This document shows positions 62,868-64,000 of a stretch of 64,000 nucleotides of DNA, in pieces. Positions within the stretch are counted from its first letter, which is position 1, and each line of letters opens with the position of its first letter. Where the stretch lies: NCBI GenBank assembly GCA_002316005.1, contig DCIM01000049.1:464-64463 (forward strand), given 5' to 3'. The notes under the pieces are model-generated. The model had not been told where the DNA came from. It ran no database searches and saw only the letters and a list, made by a program, of their open reading frames with translations. The position numbers and the translations under genes were made by a program. Source of the DNA: Prevotellaceae bacterium UBA1726. GTDB taxonomy: Bacteria > Bacteroidota > Bacteroidia > Bacteroidales > Bacteroidaceae.

Positions 62868-63145
62868 TAAGTCGCTTCGCTCAAAATCACAGAAAATATT
62901 CTCTTAATCCTGAATATCCTGAATATCCTGAAAAAATATATTTATAAAAACATTAATTATCACCAATTATCCATTAATTTTTCATTAATTATTTTTTGCG
63001 ATTTTGAGCGAAGCGACTTATAATTATGTTCATTCTGTCATTCTGTATAATAATAAATTTGTGAAATTACTTCCCTTTGGTCAGTGGGTCCAAGGACAAA
63101 TCTCGCGTAATTCGTTGATAAAACAAAAAATATTTATTATCTTTG
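62868..63145. repeat. Composite intergenic repeat ending in a promoter
   Basis: 21-bp perfect IR 62868-62888 / 63000-63020; tcctgaata tandem 62905-62932; cgcgtaattcgttgataaaac 63104-63124; TATCTTTG 63138-63145. Confidence 0.85.
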
Positions 63146-63169
63146 CTCGTGGAATAAATCTGAACGCTT

Positions 63170-63430
63170 ATGTTGGACAAGACATTATTGAGTTTCTACA
63201 GTCTTTTTGCTGTGTTGGGCATGACATACGCCAGCAAGGGCGGGTTATGGTATTGGCTGTGCCTCATTGCCCTGGTGTGGCTCGTTGTCGCCATACCTGT
63301 CTGCCTCTATCGCCAACGCTCTACCCTCACCCGTTGGGGCAAAATATCCCTCATCGGTTGGGAACTCCTCGACCTCGCTTGCCTCGTCATCACCGCCCTC
63401 GAATACCTCGGCCATACAATAAAACTATAA
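63170..63430 (+). CDS. Small membrane protein (86 aa)
   Basis: Three hydrophobic segments; promoter box upstream. Confidence 0.65.
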   Translation: MLDKTLLSFYSLFAVLGMTYASKGGLWYWLCLIALVWLVVAIPVCLYRQRSTLTRWGKISLIGWELLDLACLVITALEYLGHTIKL

Positions 63431-63433
63431 ATT

Positions 63434-63685
63434 ATGAAAAAGTTTATAATTCGTACAATCGTTTTCGCGATTTTGACCTTCTTTCTATGGTCACTTTTTT
63501 TCGACTTCGAATTAGCTGTTAATAGTAAACCTATAAAGTTCTATCTTTTTTGTCTTACAAATGGAATTACTTTAGCAGGACTATTTCATTTAGATGATAA
63601 AGGCTGGAACTCCTGGAGCCGTGTCTTCGATCTCTTCAAGCGCAAGAAGGACAAAGAGGATAATACTCCAAACGAAGAATCATAA
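63434..63685 (+). CDS. Small membrane protein (83 aa)
   Basis: Two hydrophobic segments, charged tail; 3 bp after the previous stop. Confidence 0.65.
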   Translation: MKKFIIRTIVFAILTFFLWSLFFDFELAVNSKPIKFYLFCLTNGITLAGLFHLDDKGWNSWSRVFDLFKRKKDKEDNTPNEES

Positions 63686-63727
63686 TAACAAATCGTTCTC
63701 TTTTTATTCCGGAATTTCTTGAAATAT

Positions 63728-63893
63728 TTTTTTAAAACATTAATAATCATGTAATTGACCATTCGCTCGGCTATGCCGCTTTCATAACGAAGTGGAGAAA
63801 GAATTTATCGTTAATTATTTTTCTTATGGCCTCATGAACAGAATTGAATTAATGAATAATTAATGAATAATTGATGGAAATTAATGTTTAAAA
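63728..63893. repeat. Composite intergenic repeat
   Basis: 63728-63822 closely matches 60709-60800; core 63761-63804; taattaatgaa tract after it. Confidence 0.85.
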
Positions 63894-63943
63894 GATAGAA
63901 CTAGCTAAGATTAAAGTTGAAAGTTATCAATAATAGTTTTATT

Positions 63944-64000
63944 ATGAACAGAATTTTTTTCTTATTGTTGTTTGTGCTTTGTCCGGTGTTGGCGGGGGCG
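63944..64000 (+). CDS. 5' end of a secreted protein (truncated by the window)
   Basis: MNRIFFLLLFVLCPVLAGA signal-peptide-like. Confidence 0.5.
   Translation, partial: MNRIFFLLLFVLCPVLAGA

Noticed and set aside
59434-63893. CRISPR array, classical integron or DGR
   Set aside because: Repeats are separated by whole genes at irregular distances; no cas, intI or reverse transcriptase, no clear attC RYYYAAC/GTTRRRY ends, and no TR/VR pair seen.

Overview
Prevotella-like (Bacteroidales) chromosomal segment, mostly housekeeping: serC-serA-DUF1015, ABC-F/engB, PPi- and ATP-dependent PFKs, prmA, pepD, an F1Fo atp operon in Bacteroidota order, a small Wzx/glycosyltransferase cluster, ileS-lspA, and GH20/GH2/GH25/GH55 hydrolases. 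No rRNA, tRNA, CRISPR array, integrase or transposase was recognised. The non-coding DNA is the interesting part. (1) A 4.3-kb module (two orphan genes plus a VirE-N/DUF3987 primase-helicase) is bracketed by ~58-bp inverted repeats built on 8-bp iterons. (2) A 1-kb convergent intergenic region holds a 28-bp dif-like site; KOPS-like octamers and highly expressed genes converge on it, and it contains three perfect 21-bp oriented repeats, so it is probably the replication terminus. (3) A modular family of hairpin and 9-bp-tandem repeats brackets accessory genes like cassettes and seems to supply their promoter or leader. (4) REP-like palindromes and 9-bp repeats have entered coding sequences in frame (lspA, ygiQ). 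(5) An orphan promoter-terminator unit predicts a ~90-nt sRNA. All calls come from reading the sequence and the ORF track by eye; no searches were run.
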